NCBI GenBank assembly: GCA_051532055.1
Contig: JAOPTX010000009.1
Coordinates: 1 to 64,000 of the forward strand
Origin: Fibrobacterales bacterium
GTDB lineage: Bacteria > Fibrobacterota > Fibrobacteria > Fibrobacterales > JAOPTW01
Reading direction: 5' to 3'
DNA: 64,000 bases
Position 1 is the first letter of the stretch; every line of letters begins with the position of its first letter. This document shows, piece by piece, positions 8,188 to 17,940 of the stretch. Under the pieces are notes generated by a model, which made no database searches, was not told the DNA's origin, and was given only the letters and a program-made list of their open reading frames with translations. A program made the position numbers and the translations under genes.

Positions 8188-10434
8188 ATGTCTATCAAAG
8201 AATTACAGGAATACACCCGAATATCAAAATATGCTCGGTATAATCACGAATTTAAACGTCGTGAAACATGGGCTGAACAGGTGGATCGTGTAATGGATAT
8301 GCATAAAGAAAAATATGGAGAGGTATTTCCTCTTGTTGAAAAAGATTGGGAGTTTACTAAAGGGCTCATGCTCGAAAAAAGAATCCTAGGCTCACAACGT
8401 GCGCTTCAGTTTGGTGGCTCTGCTATCCTTAAAAAACACGAGCGCCTTTATAATTGTTCAGCTACCTATATTGATCGCCTCAGATCATTTCAAGAGACTA
8501 TTTATCTCGCCCTGTGTGGTGTAGGTGTAGGCTTCTCGGTGCAAAAACATCATATTGCTCAACTCCCAGCGTTAGTTAAAGAAAAATCTACTAATACCCG
8601 TACTTATACAATTGAAGACTCAATTGAAGGTTGGGCTGATGCTACAGGAGCACTGGTTAATTCATTTTTTGACACTGATAATAAATATTCTGGTATTGAT
8701 GTTGAATTTGATTACACTGCAATTAGACCTGCAGGGGCCTACATTAAATCAAGTGGTACTAAAGCACCTGGGCCTGATGGTCTCAGAAGTAGTTTGATCA
8801 AAGTAAAAGAGCTTCTTACTCAGTGTGTAGAAAATGGACAAGAACGTGTTCGTCCTATTCAAGCCTATGATATTCTTATGTATCTGAGTGATGCAGTTGT
8901 TTCTGGTGGAATTCGTAGAGCAGCAACAATTTGTCTCTTTTCACATGATGATGATGAAATGCTCAAAGCAAAAACCGGTAATTGGTTTGTTGAGAATCCA
9001 CAGCGGGGTCGTTCAAATAACTCCGTACTTCTTCTTAGAAATGAGATTGGCTTTGATACGTTCAAAGATATTATGACTTCGGTTAAAGAGTATGGTGAGC
9101 CAGGGTTTGTATGGGCTGATGATAAAGAGATGCTCTTTAATCCTTGTGCCGAAATTGGTCTCTATGCAAAACATTGGGAGACGGGCGAGTCGGGGATTGA
9201 GTTTTGTAACTTATGCGAAATTAATATTAAGGCGTGTGATACTAAGCAGCTCTTTTTAGATGCTTGTAAAGCATGTGCAATTTTGGGTACTTTTCAGGCG
9301 GGATACACTGACTTCCCGTATCTTGGTAAAGTGTCTGAAGAAATTATTCGTAAAGAGGCACTCATTGGTGTGTCTATGACTGGTATGATGGATAGGCCAG
9401 AGATCGCTTTTGATGAAGAACTTCAAAAAGAAGGCGCGCGTCTTATTAATGAAACGAATCAACGAATCGCTTCAGTTATTGGGATTAACCCTGCGGCACG
9501 TACAACTTGTGTTAAGCCAAGTGGTAGTGCATCGTGTATTTTAGGGACTTCATCGGGTATTCATCCGGGGCATGCTAAACGTTATTTTAGAAGAGTGCAA
9601 GCAAATAAACTTGAAGCAACACTTGACTTCTTCAAAAGCTTTAATCCTCATGCAGTAGAATCTTCAGTTTGGGATTCAAATGGTACAACAGATGTGATTA
9701 CTTTTTTATGCGAAGTTGCAGATGGCTCAAAAACAAAAGATAATGTGAGTGCAGTTGAGCTCCTTGATCATGTAAAATCGACCAAGCTTAATTGGATTGA
9801 TGAAGGTAAAAATGAAGACCTTTGTGTGAAACCGTGGTTGTCGCATAATGTATCGAATACTATCAATGTGCTCCCTACTGAATGGGATGAAATTACTGAG
9901 TACATCTATGAAAATCGTCACTGTTTTGCGGGTATATCTCTACTCCCGACATCTGGTGATAAAGATTATCCTCAAGCGCCTTTCACTACAGTGCACACTC
10001 CAGCAGAGATTGTGGGTATGTATGGTGATGGATCACTTATGGCGAGTGGTCTTATTGTACATGCACTTAATGCCTTTGATAATAATCTATGGGCGGCGTG
10101 TGATAGTGTTCTAGGGATGGGAGGGAAACTTGAAATTCCTGAAGATATAATTGTCAACAGAACTGATGAAGAAGTTAAGGATTATGTACAGGGCGTCATA
10201 GAAAAGAAAAACTGGGTGCGTCGTGCTAAAAAATTCGCACGTAACTACTTTAATGATGATGTACGGATGATGACTTATTCTCTAAAAGATGTTCATAACT
10301 GGAAAACTTGGTGTGACCTTTCTCGTACCTATAGTGATGTGCCATGGGATCTTTTCTCAGAAGAACAAGATAATACTAACCATGAAATGGAGAGCGCTTG
10401 CGCTGGTGGTAAGTGTGAGGTTACCTTTCTATAG
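8188..10434 (+). CDS. nrdJ: Class II (adenosylcobalamin-dependent) ribonucleotide reductase, monomeric RTPR-like
   Basis: YNC, NPCAEI, CNL, TTCVKPSG, YPQAPF and C-terminal CAGGKC; no YY radical-transfer pair and no adjacent nrdB; AGGAG RBS before ATG 8188. Confidence 0.88.
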   Translation: MSIKELQEYTRISKYARYNHEFKRRETWAEQVDRVMDMHKEKYGEVFPLVEKDWEFTKGLMLEKRILGSQRALQFGGSAILKKHERLYNCSATYIDRLRSFQETIYLALCGVGVGFSVQKHHIAQLPALVKEKSTNTRTYTIEDSIEGWADATGALVNSFFDTDNKYSGIDVEFDYTAIRPAGAYIKSSGTKAPGPDGLRSSLIKVKELLTQCVENGQERVRPIQAYDILMYLSDAVVSGGIRRAATICLFSHDDDEMLKAKTGNWFVENPQRGRSNNSVLLLRNEIGFDTFKDIMTSVKEYGEPGFVWADDKEMLFNPCAEIGLYAKHWETGESGIEFCNLCEINIKACDTKQLFLDACKACAILGTFQAGYTDFPYLGKVSEEIIRKEALIGVSMTGMMDRPEIAFDEELQKEGARLINETNQRIASVIGINPAARTTCVKPSGSASCILGTSSGIHPGHAKRYFRRVQANKLEATLDFFKSFNPHAVESSVWDSNGTTDVITFLCEVADGSKTKDNVSAVELLDHVKSTKLNWIDEGKNEDLCVKPWLSHNVSNTINVLPTEWDEITEYIYENRHCFAGISLLPTSGDKDYPQAPFTTVHTPAEIVGMYGDGSLMASGLIVHALNAFDNNLWAACDSVLGMGGKLEIPEDIIVNRTDEEVKDYVQGVIEKKNWVRRAKKFARNYFNDDVRMMTYSLKDVHNWKTWCDLSRTYSDVPWDLFSEEQDNTNHEMESACAGGKCEVTFL

Positions 10435-10457
10435 GTGATTTCTTGTTACAGAGCTTT

Positions 10458-10489
10458 AAGGAGTATCGCAATGGCGATACTCCTTTTTT
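10458..10489 (+). terminator. Rho-independent terminator of nrdJ
   Basis: AAGGAGTATCGC-AATG-GCGATACTCCTT followed by a T-run. Confidence 0.9.
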
Positions 10490-10753
10490 GTTTCCATAAA
10501 GTGAATGTATGGGTAAAGATAATTCTGTAAATATGTAGGTGTTTGAGTTGAGTTTGATGATGTCGAATATTGAGTTTATAGAAGTACAATTCTATTGCTC
10601 TCAGTAATAGAATTGCTGTTTTGTAGGGCGTCAAAGTAAAAAACAGTTTTTAAATACCAATTATTTGTCTTCACGTATAGGTTAAATGAAATTCGTTTCT
10701 ATACTTTATTCCGTTCACCCTAGAGAACTGAATAATTAATTGAGGGACCATTC

Positions 10754-13700
10754 ATGACAGTATTAAGAACTGCAACATTAGTTGCGTTTAGTGCCATAGC
10801 TATTTTTTTTACTCATTGTAGTGATAGTGATTCGAGTGATATAGTGCAGGTTACGAGTACCTCCTCTGTAAGTTTTGGGGAAGATAATGGAGAGCAAGAG
10901 TTATTGAAGCTTTATGAGAGTATCGACCTGCTTATGGAAAATATAGATCTCTATGACTCGATGGTGACTAACGAGTCTGACCCATCCCGAAAGGCTTTGT
11001 TGCAGAAGATGCTCAGTGTCAAGGTTGATTCGTTTGAATTACAGCGAGATTTTTTTGTTTTTCAATTAGATTCCCTCTATTCTGCTCGTGAGATTTCGAA
11101 GGCAAAATTCGTTGCTCTTGGTGATACGCTTTCAGAAGAATATCGCTCTGAACAAGATCGTGTAGAGCGGATGCGTTTAATTAAACAAGCCTCAGAAAAA
11201 GCATTTGCTGAAGTTGTTCCTGTTGCGTTGAGTAGTTCGTTTATACCAGTATCTTCAAGTAGTGTAGTGAGCTCTGCGATTTCAGGGAGTGGACCTGTGG
11301 TGGATTCAGTAGTGAATAGTCAATCCAGTGAGACTGTGGTAAATGATTCAACTATTTTCCTGACGTCAAGTAGTGCAATTAAAGAATCGTCATCTATGGC
11401 GCTTTCCTCTGTAATCTTGATAAATACCGCTCCAGTTATTGATACAACAATTGTCGGGGCTGTTAATTCAGTAGAGGATTCTGTTATTTCTTTTGTAGTG
11501 AGAGCCAATGACTTGGAAGGTGACTCTCTTGAGTGGGATATCAGTGTCGATTCTACATGGGGGGCGATTTTAGTGATATCCAATAGTGATAGTAGTATCG
11601 TAACTTTTACCCCAACAGCTCATAAAAATGGTTTGGTACCGATGAATGTGCGAGTATCTGATGGGGCACTAGGAGATTCTCTGGCTGTTACTATTGCTAT
11701 TGCTCCTGTTAATGATGCACCAGAATATTTAGGGCCTGCAACTTTAGTTGGGGTAATGAGAGACACCAAAACTATTGAAATTAATACTGGGGCTGCCTGT
11801 GTTGACACTCTTGACGGGGCCTCTGGTATAACTCGCTTGAGCACCTATTGGTATCGCGATGCCAATGAACAAGGGTATGATGGGGATTCTCTGGCGGTGG
11901 TTGATTCTTTACTCCTGACTGCTTTAGATGTTTCTCACTTTATTTATGCTGTAGTGCACTGTATGGATGCTGAGGGAGCGGTTGCCATTCAAAAAACGCC
12001 GTACTCTAGCAAGGTAGATCATCGTCCTAATAATGCTCCAGTAATTATCGAAGGGCCACTGCTCGCCATTACTCATAACGAGGATGCGGGGCTTCATTCC
12101 CAAACAATAAATGCTACTGACTCTGATAACGATTCCTTAGTTTGGGTGATAATTGCTCAGCCAGCTCAAGGGACTATTGCGTATTCAGATAAAAAAAATA
12201 ACTCAGCAGTTGTTGATCTAAGTGGTGTGCCGCAGCATTTTAATGGAGTGCTCACGGCAGTGGTTGAAGTTCGCGATCCATTTGATGCTGATACTCTTAC
12301 TCTCTCATATACTATTCAGCCTGTGAACGATCAACCGGTGATCACCGGTGATGTTCTCCTAAAGGGTAACGCTGTGGTAACCCAAGAGCTGACTCTTGAT
12401 TCGGTGACATTCGAATGTTATGATACTTATGATTCTCAAAATGCATCGAGCGTTGGGGTTACATGGTATCGCGATGATGTATGTGGTTCTTATGGTGTGC
12501 ATAACCCTCTCGTCGCAGATACTATTTATACACTTGCTGTGCAAGATGAAGGGAGTTGTCTCTTTGTGATAACATCGTGTACAGACAGTGATGGGAGTGT
12601 TGTCTACGATACCTCAGGTCAGAGTGCTCGGGTCGCTGCCGCTCCAGTGTTTAACCAAGAAAGGCTCCTGAAGCTTGAACGTGCTCACTCAGAGTATGCT
12701 CTGTTGCCAGGGCTTGACCTTAATCCATTAAATGGTGGTGTCTTGACTATTGAAGCCTGGGTAAAATGGAATGGCTTACAGGGGCAAAATGAACGTATTG
12801 TTGAGTTTTCAAATAGTACTGTACTGGGGAGTTCTAAAGATAACATTGTCATTTACCATCGTGATGGTGATTCGCGCCTTCGTATTTCGGTCAATAATGG
12901 GAATTGGGGAGATTTAGAGAGCCCCAATGGTTTTATTGTACCGGGAGTGTGGACCCATGTTGCAGTGGTCTTTAGTGCTGCCTCTATTGATAATGTTACT
13001 ATTTATAAGAATGGAGAGGTTGTTGAAGTGGGGACGCTCAGTAATCCAATCCAAGTTGAACGTGCTTATAACTTTATTGGGGGGAGTGCTTTTCAAAATG
13101 ATGATACCTTTGATGGCTTTTTAGAAAATATGAGAGTGTGGAATAGCGTGCGTACTCAACAGGAAATTATTGATAATATGCTTCAGGATTTTGGTGGGTT
13201 GACTCATAGCAGTCACCTCGTTGCAAGTTATGATTTTAGAAGAGCGGCCTCAGTTCCTGTTCTTATAGAAAATCGAGTGGGCAATTCATTGGGGACAATA
13301 ATAAATGGAATCGGAAATGACGGGGATGAGTGGGTTGCTGAGTTTGAAACGTATCGTCTTACCGTCAATGGTCAGACTGGAGGTGCTGTTACGCCAAATA
13401 GTGATGTTGTCCTTGTTGAGGGTCAACAGTACTCCATAGAGGCTGTACCAGACCCAGGGTATCAGTTTAGTGAATGGGTGAGTGATGGAAATGCTGTTGT
13501 GGATAATGCGACTCGAATGAAAACCCAGGTTACTGTACTAGGAAATACAACGGTGACCGCTGAATTTGTTGAACAGTATACTGTGAGCATTAGTTCTGAT
13601 GGCAATTGTGCCCTTCAGTTTGAGGGAGATACGGTGTTGAGTCATGGTGATCAGCTTGAACTCAATGCTTATGCTACAACCAATAGCTTTATTTTTAGTG

Positions 13701-14257
13701 AATGGATTGTTACCGGTGCTGGCGGTGCGGTTTTCTCTGACCCATCGAGCCCCAATACTCAAGTTTCTGTGAATGGTGATGTTTCTATAGAGCCGCGCTA
13801 TTTAAGAAGACATGAATTGATATTCACCATTCACCCATTTGCTTTTCAGGATGGGTGTGTGGTTAATAAATACGGAAAAAGTCAAAACGGAGAAAATGTT
13901 GAGACTGAACGTTGTACGGGGGTGGCGAAAGAGCGATGGAAAACTCAAAATGATGGGAGTTATTTTGCGCTCCGCAATGAGGCAGTTCAACCAGCGAATA
14001 GTTATATTATCATGGATGCTGATGCGGGCCAAGGTCCTAATGTTCATATTTGGGGGCATACAAAAGGGCAAGAGCGTCATTCGGGGCAGTTTCTCTTTAA
14101 GCCATTAAGTGATGGAAGCTATACGATTAAGCTGAGGGAGAACTCAAATAAATGCCTTGAAGTGTACGGTCCTAATCCGTATAATAAAAATGTGTTTCTT
14201 GATTGGTGTGATAGTTCGAATAGCCAGAAATGGATGATTAAGCTCTACTCAAAATAA
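10754..14257 (+). CDS. Large surface lipoprotein: cadherin/Ig-like repeats, LamG domain, InlB-B-like repeats, C-terminal ricin-B-like lectin
   Basis: Lipobox FFTH-C; NTAP/NDAP/NNAP/NDQP repeat starts; TIEAWVKW...WTHVAV...F.G...RVWN; PDPGYQFSEW; KCLEV...C..SNSQKW. Confidence 0.75.
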   Translation: MTVLRTATLVAFSAIAIFFTHCSDSDSSDIVQVTSTSSVSFGEDNGEQELLKLYESIDLLMENIDLYDSMVTNESDPSRKALLQKMLSVKVDSFELQRDFFVFQLDSLYSAREISKAKFVALGDTLSEEYRSEQDRVERMRLIKQASEKAFAEVVPVALSSSFIPVSSSSVVSSAISGSGPVVDSVVNSQSSETVVNDSTIFLTSSSAIKESSSMALSSVILINTAPVIDTTIVGAVNSVEDSVISFVVRANDLEGDSLEWDISVDSTWGAILVISNSDSSIVTFTPTAHKNGLVPMNVRVSDGALGDSLAVTIAIAPVNDAPEYLGPATLVGVMRDTKTIEINTGAACVDTLDGASGITRLSTYWYRDANEQGYDGDSLAVVDSLLLTALDVSHFIYAVVHCMDAEGAVAIQKTPYSSKVDHRPNNAPVIIEGPLLAITHNEDAGLHSQTINATDSDNDSLVWVIIAQPAQGTIAYSDKKNNSAVVDLSGVPQHFNGVLTAVVEVRDPFDADTLTLSYTIQPVNDQPVITGDVLLKGNAVVTQELTLDSVTFECYDTYDSQNASSVGVTWYRDDVCGSYGVHNPLVADTIYTLAVQDEGSCLFVITSCTDSDGSVVYDTSGQSARVAAAPVFNQERLLKLERAHSEYALLPGLDLNPLNGGVLTIEAWVKWNGLQGQNERIVEFSNSTVLGSSKDNIVIYHRDGDSRLRISVNNGNWGDLESPNGFIVPGVWTHVAVVFSAASIDNVTIYKNGEVVEVGTLSNPIQVERAYNFIGGSAFQNDDTFDGFLENMRVWNSVRTQQEIIDNMLQDFGGLTHSSHLVASYDFRRAASVPVLIENRVGNSLGTIINGIGNDGDEWVAEFETYRLTVNGQTGGAVTPNSDVVLVEGQQYSIEAVPDPGYQFSEWVSDGNAVVDNATRMKTQVTVLGNTTVTAEFVEQYTVSISSDGNCALQFEGDTVLSHGDQLELNAYATTNSFIFSEWIVTGAGGAVFSDPSSPNTQVSVNGDVSIEPRYLRRHELIFTIHPFAFQDGCVVNKYGKSQNGENVETERCTGVAKERWKTQNDGSYFALRNEAVQPANSYIIMDADAGQGPNVHIWGHTKGQERHSGQFLFKPLSDGSYTIKLRENSNKCLEVYGPNPYNKNVFLDWCDSSNSQKWMIKLYSK

Positions 14258-14288
14258 TTACTGTATCAAAAGCTAATAGAAATTATTG

Positions 14289-14327
14289 AGCCCTCTCTTT
14301 TAAGTGAGAAAAGAGAGGGCTTTTTTT
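14289..14327 (+). terminator. Terminator between convergent genes
   Basis: 13-bp stem AGCCCTCTCTTTT/AAAAGAGAGGGCT followed by a T-run. Confidence 0.85.
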
Positions 14328-14357
14328 GAGTGCATCGCTGGACTTTATGGTTATAAG

Positions 14358-16187
14358 CTATTCATCAATGGTCCAGAGTACTTCCATAATAACAACGCCA
14401 AAAGGGTCAAGTTCTTTAAGGCTGTCGGTTGTAAATGCATCATCATTACACCAGTAGTATTGGGAGAGTAGGGCGAAATATTCTTCGTCTGTAGTTGGTG
14501 GTGTTATGGTATAAAGATTGCTATTTCTTGCACTATTAAATGCTTCTCTCATAATGCTATTTTCTGACCCGTGACGTCGATCGAAAAAGGATTGAGCAAG
14601 AAGGTGTGTCGTTATAGAAGGGTTTGTGTCAAGAGCAATAAAGCTTTCGGCATCAGCAATATGAATTCCCTTGTGCCACTTGGTTGGGAGCCCGTTGTCT
14701 ATTAACCACTGTTGCTCTTTGTAGAAGGACCAATCAGGTGTGCTTGATGAACTATCAATCCAGAAATTCGTTTGTTGGGCAATAGTAAGTGCAGTCCTGG
14801 GAAGTGTTTGGTTGAGGTATATGAGATCTTCAATGAGCTTATAGTATACATGTTCGCCCTTTTGTAAGTTTCTCATTGCGGGAGAAAAATAGAGTGTCCA
14901 GCCTGCGACTTTTGCTTCATAAAAACCGTCTACTTCAGTAAATACAAGGTCAGGATAGCGGGGGCTTTCGGTTATGGGGGTGTTACTTGTGTCTTTGTAG
15001 TAAATTGAATAGATCTCTGTTGAGGTATTGGGCGGATATTCATAATCTTCTGCAGTGAGAATGATGGTATTGGGCCCTTCTAAAAGTGAAAGTGTGTAAT
15101 GGTACGTGCTGTCTTCCGCAGGGGGAAGTATAGAGTCGTTCAGTGCGATATAGGCAAGGCTCCCATTGTCGAGGGCGTGAATTGTTATTGTTGGATTGGT
15201 AGTGAATAAGGTATCAATGGGGGTGATGCTATCGATCCAAATAAGGGGGGCGATGCTATCAAGAAATGGGGGGTGATAATAAAAGATTACGGAATCGGTC
15301 GATGAATACCCGTTGAGGTCAGTTGCGGTTATGATAGCGTGTTGCTCTCCTGGTTCTTCGGGAATAAAGGGGTACTCCCACTTTCCGAATTCAAAGAGTA
15401 CGGTGTCAGAATTTACGATCACGGATGCAATACCAGATTCATCACTTGCTATACCTTGAATAATTATCGAATCAGCGGAGAGATAGACGGCGCTATCTTT
15501 TGTGGATGTGATGTTGATGATTGGAGGTTTTGAATCTTTTAATGAATCAATGAGATGCACAGGGAGGGTGTGATATAAGTAGTTGCCCTCTGTATCTTTT
15601 ATGGTGAAAACTAATGAGTTGTCACCGGTCTCAAGTATGGTGACCAAGCTCCATTTATCTGAAATCCCCATCTTGATTGGGGTGCTATTTAGGTTGAATG
15701 AGTCAATTTCATTTGTATGAATAAGAGAGCCAACTATTGAGATCTGTTGGTGAGTGAGGCTGTCATAGGGTTGTGGAGTAGAAATGGAAAATTGAATTGC
15801 TGGGTTGTATGTTGGGGTAATGGAACTTGATGTCGTTGTTTCAGGTGTAATTATAACAGTATCTTTTGCAGTAAAAAGAGTGGTGGACATGTCTTGTATC
15901 GAGAATGATAATTTAAGTCGTTTGCTCGGGAGTTCTGTTAGGGAAATGAGTGAGTCAGTATACGGCAGGGTAATAGTTGTGTCGACTCCTGCACCTTTGA
16001 GGTGTACTTTGATATTTCTAAATAGAGGTTTAAAGAGGGAATAAAGGGAGTCGTTTGGTGTCACTATAACCACAGAAAGGTTGCCTGTTGGTTCAGGTGG
16101 GGTTGATGTAGGGCTGGAATCATCTGAACAATACATTAACAAGAGTGAAATCAGGCTCAATACAATAACTTTTCTAATCAGGGGCAT
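14358..16187 (-). CDS. Lipoprotein with Ig-like repeats and a degenerate zincin-like C-terminal domain
   Basis: Start moved to ATG 16187 (AAGGA RBS; lipobox LLMY-C); D..PP.I.I...A.D.SG Ig-like repeats; HLLAQ...EEYFAL...L...DP C-terminus. Confidence 0.65.
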   Translation of the reverse strand: MPLIRKVIVLSLISLLLMYCSDDSSPTSTPPEPTGNLSVVIVTPNDSLYSLFKPLFRNIKVHLKGAGVDTTITLPYTDSLISLTELPSKRLKLSFSIQDMSTTLFTAKDTVIITPETTTSSSITPTYNPAIQFSISTPQPYDSLTHQQISIVGSLIHTNEIDSFNLNSTPIKMGISDKWSLVTILETGDNSLVFTIKDTEGNYLYHTLPVHLIDSLKDSKPPIINITSTKDSAVYLSADSIIIQGIASDESGIASVIVNSDTVLFEFGKWEYPFIPEEPGEQHAIITATDLNGYSSTDSVIFYYHPPFLDSIAPLIWIDSITPIDTLFTTNPTITIHALDNGSLAYIALNDSILPPAEDSTYHYTLSLLEGPNTIILTAEDYEYPPNTSTEIYSIYYKDTSNTPITESPRYPDLVFTEVDGFYEAKVAGWTLYFSPAMRNLQKGEHVYYKLIEDLIYLNQTLPRTALTIAQQTNFWIDSSSSTPDWSFYKEQQWLIDNGLPTKWHKGIHIADAESFIALDTNPSITTHLLAQSFFDRRHGSENSIMREAFNSARNSNLYTITPPTTDEEYFALLSQYYWCNDDAFTTDSLKELDPFGVVIMEVLWTIDE

Positions 16188-16505
16188 GGGTTTCCTTATT
16201 CGGGGCTGTGTGATATATGTATTTACAGTATTGAACAGCTTATTCGGTAGGTATCGAAGCTCGTATGAACTGTAAATGGTATCGTTTTGAATAGTATATA
16301 AATACGGTTTTAAGGGGTGGTATAGAAATATAATATCATTATTATGAGATTGCAGAGTGTCTTCTATTTTGCTTATGATTCGCAAAATAGAAGTCTACGC
16401 CCTCGTCTCGTATATTTGTCAATTTTGTCTTAAATTAAGCAAATGATATGATAAGTGCAAATGGAAATCTCTATGTAACACTGATTTTACGTCATAAATA
16501 ACAAA

Positions 16506-17390
16506 TTACGCGAGAAAAAGCGAAGTGCTATTTCCGCCTGAATTTTTTACATCTATGAGCTCTTGATTGGCTTTTCTCATGATGATATGAGAATCATGAT
16601 CCTGAGGGGTTATACTGGCAATGCCGATACTGAGAGTGATAGAAATATCAGTATGTGAGGTATGCTGAAATCCCTCCATAAATCGATCTATTGCAGCGAG
16701 GGCTTCTTGAGGTTCTGTGTCAGGGAGTAATACTGCAAAATCATCGCCGCCAATACGGGCAATGGTATCTTGGGACCTGAAAAAGGTAAGAAATTCTTTT
16801 CCAAGGAACTGTATGATAGAGTCCCCTGTACTGTGTCCATAAGTACTGTTTATAGAATGGAATGAATCTATGTCGATGAGGGCGAGAGAATAAATGAGTC
16901 CAACACGTTTGAAGCGGTTAAACTCTTTATCAAGTTGTAGGTAGAATTCTCTGCTGTTGGCGAGGTTCGATAGTGAGTCGTGGCCGTTAATTTTATTGTA
17001 ATCAAGCTCGATCTCCTTCAAATTGGTTATGTCTTGTTCGATTATGGCTATATGGGTTATGTTTTTATGTGAGTCAGTAAGAGGGATACATTGTTGATTC
17101 ACCCAGTTGGTTGGCCCTGTTAGGTGTTTTTTTTCTATAGATTTTATTAATGGGGTTTGGGTGTTGGAGATCTCTTTGAGTTGTTTGATGACAGATGGTT
17201 GAAGAAGGTCTTTAATAGAAAATGGGTTTTTGTAGAGAATATCGCAGCGATCAAAGCCATTCAATGTGTCAAAGGACTTATTAATATAGACAATTTTATG
17301 CTCTGGACATTTATCTGATTCACGTTCTATAATCATAACACTGTCGCTACTTTTATCAAATATGTCTTTAAACGAGAATGGGTATTCCAT
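16506..17390 (-). CDS. PAS-GGDEF diguanylate cyclase (GGDDF variant)
   Basis: PAS IVYINKSF; D.LS.LAN, DIDSF..IN..YGH..GD, RSQD I-site and ARIGGDDF; probable start ATG 17390. Confidence 0.9.
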   Translation of the reverse strand: MEYPFSFKDIFDKSSDSVMIIERESDKCPEHKIVYINKSFDTLNGFDRCDILYKNPFSIKDLLQPSVIKQLKEISNTQTPLIKSIEKKHLTGPTNWVNQQCIPLTDSHKNITHIAIIEQDITNLKEIELDYNKINGHDSLSNLANSREFYLQLDKEFNRFKRVGLIYSLALIDIDSFHSINSTYGHSTGDSIIQFLGKEFLTFFRSQDTIARIGGDDFAVLLPDTEPQEALAAIDRFMEGFQHTSHTDISITLSIGIASITPQDHDSHIIMRKANQELIDVKNSGGNSTSLFLA

Positions 17391-17488
17391 TGGGGGCTCA
17401 TAGGGGTTGGTGTAGTGAGAGTATACCACCTTATATAGGGTTTGTACATGTTTATTGGGTTTATACTAAAATTGATAGGGGATTGGAT

Positions 17489-17507
17489 TGTCGACATATT
17501 GTCGACA
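17489..17507. promoter_or_regulatory. Tandem TGTCGACA palindromes upstream of the GGDEF gene
   Basis: TGTCGACA at 17489-17496 and 17500-17507, with 11-bp periodicity. Confidence 0.45.
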
Positions 17508-17748
17508 CTAATGTGTGGTTTTTATTCACTTATATTGCGCTCTTTTTATTTCAAACCTATATTTACTTCTGTATTCGAGAGAATGCTTCTGCTCCTGCAA
17601 GGCAATTATTTCTTATACAATGTATGTATGGTTTGAATTGATGGATAGTCCTATAATCTTCCCGTCAGACAAGAAGCTCATAAGGCTGTCCATCAGTTCA
17701 GTTTAGATGTAAGATTGACATATGTACTGTTCCATATCAATCAAGGTT

Positions 17749-17823
17749 GCCCTTGATAACAGCACTTGCCAATGCGTACTCCCTCGTTTCGTGTTGGATC
17801 TAGGGGGTGCTGTTATCAAGGGC
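17749..17823. repeat. 75-bp element bounded by a perfect 17-bp inverted repeat (MITE-like or structured RNA)
   Basis: GCCCTTGATAACAGCAC (17749-17765) and GTGCTGTTATCAAGGGC (17807-17823), 41-bp spacer. Confidence 0.75.
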
Positions 17824-17940
17824 TTCTTGGTTTCCCAATGTAAAATGTCGACAAAGTCATCATATAAATTATCAAATAATGTTTTCATATGCGTTTCAGA
17901 ATGTATATTGTGCTTGTATTGATTGGGGAAGTGTCGATAG

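Noticed and set aside
8188..10434. Intein, intron or prophage origin of nrdJ; upstream cobalamin riboswitch
   Set aside because: Catalytic motifs are contiguous, there are no phage genes nearby, and no riboswitch-like sequence was recognised.
16188..16385. N-terminal 66 codons of ORF 14358..16385
   Set aside because: AT-rich, promoter-like sequence; the signal peptide and RBS start at 16187.
17703..17888. 61-aa minus-strand ORF as an intact gene
   Set aside because: No recognisable motif, and it spans the inverted-repeat element; at best a decayed fragment.
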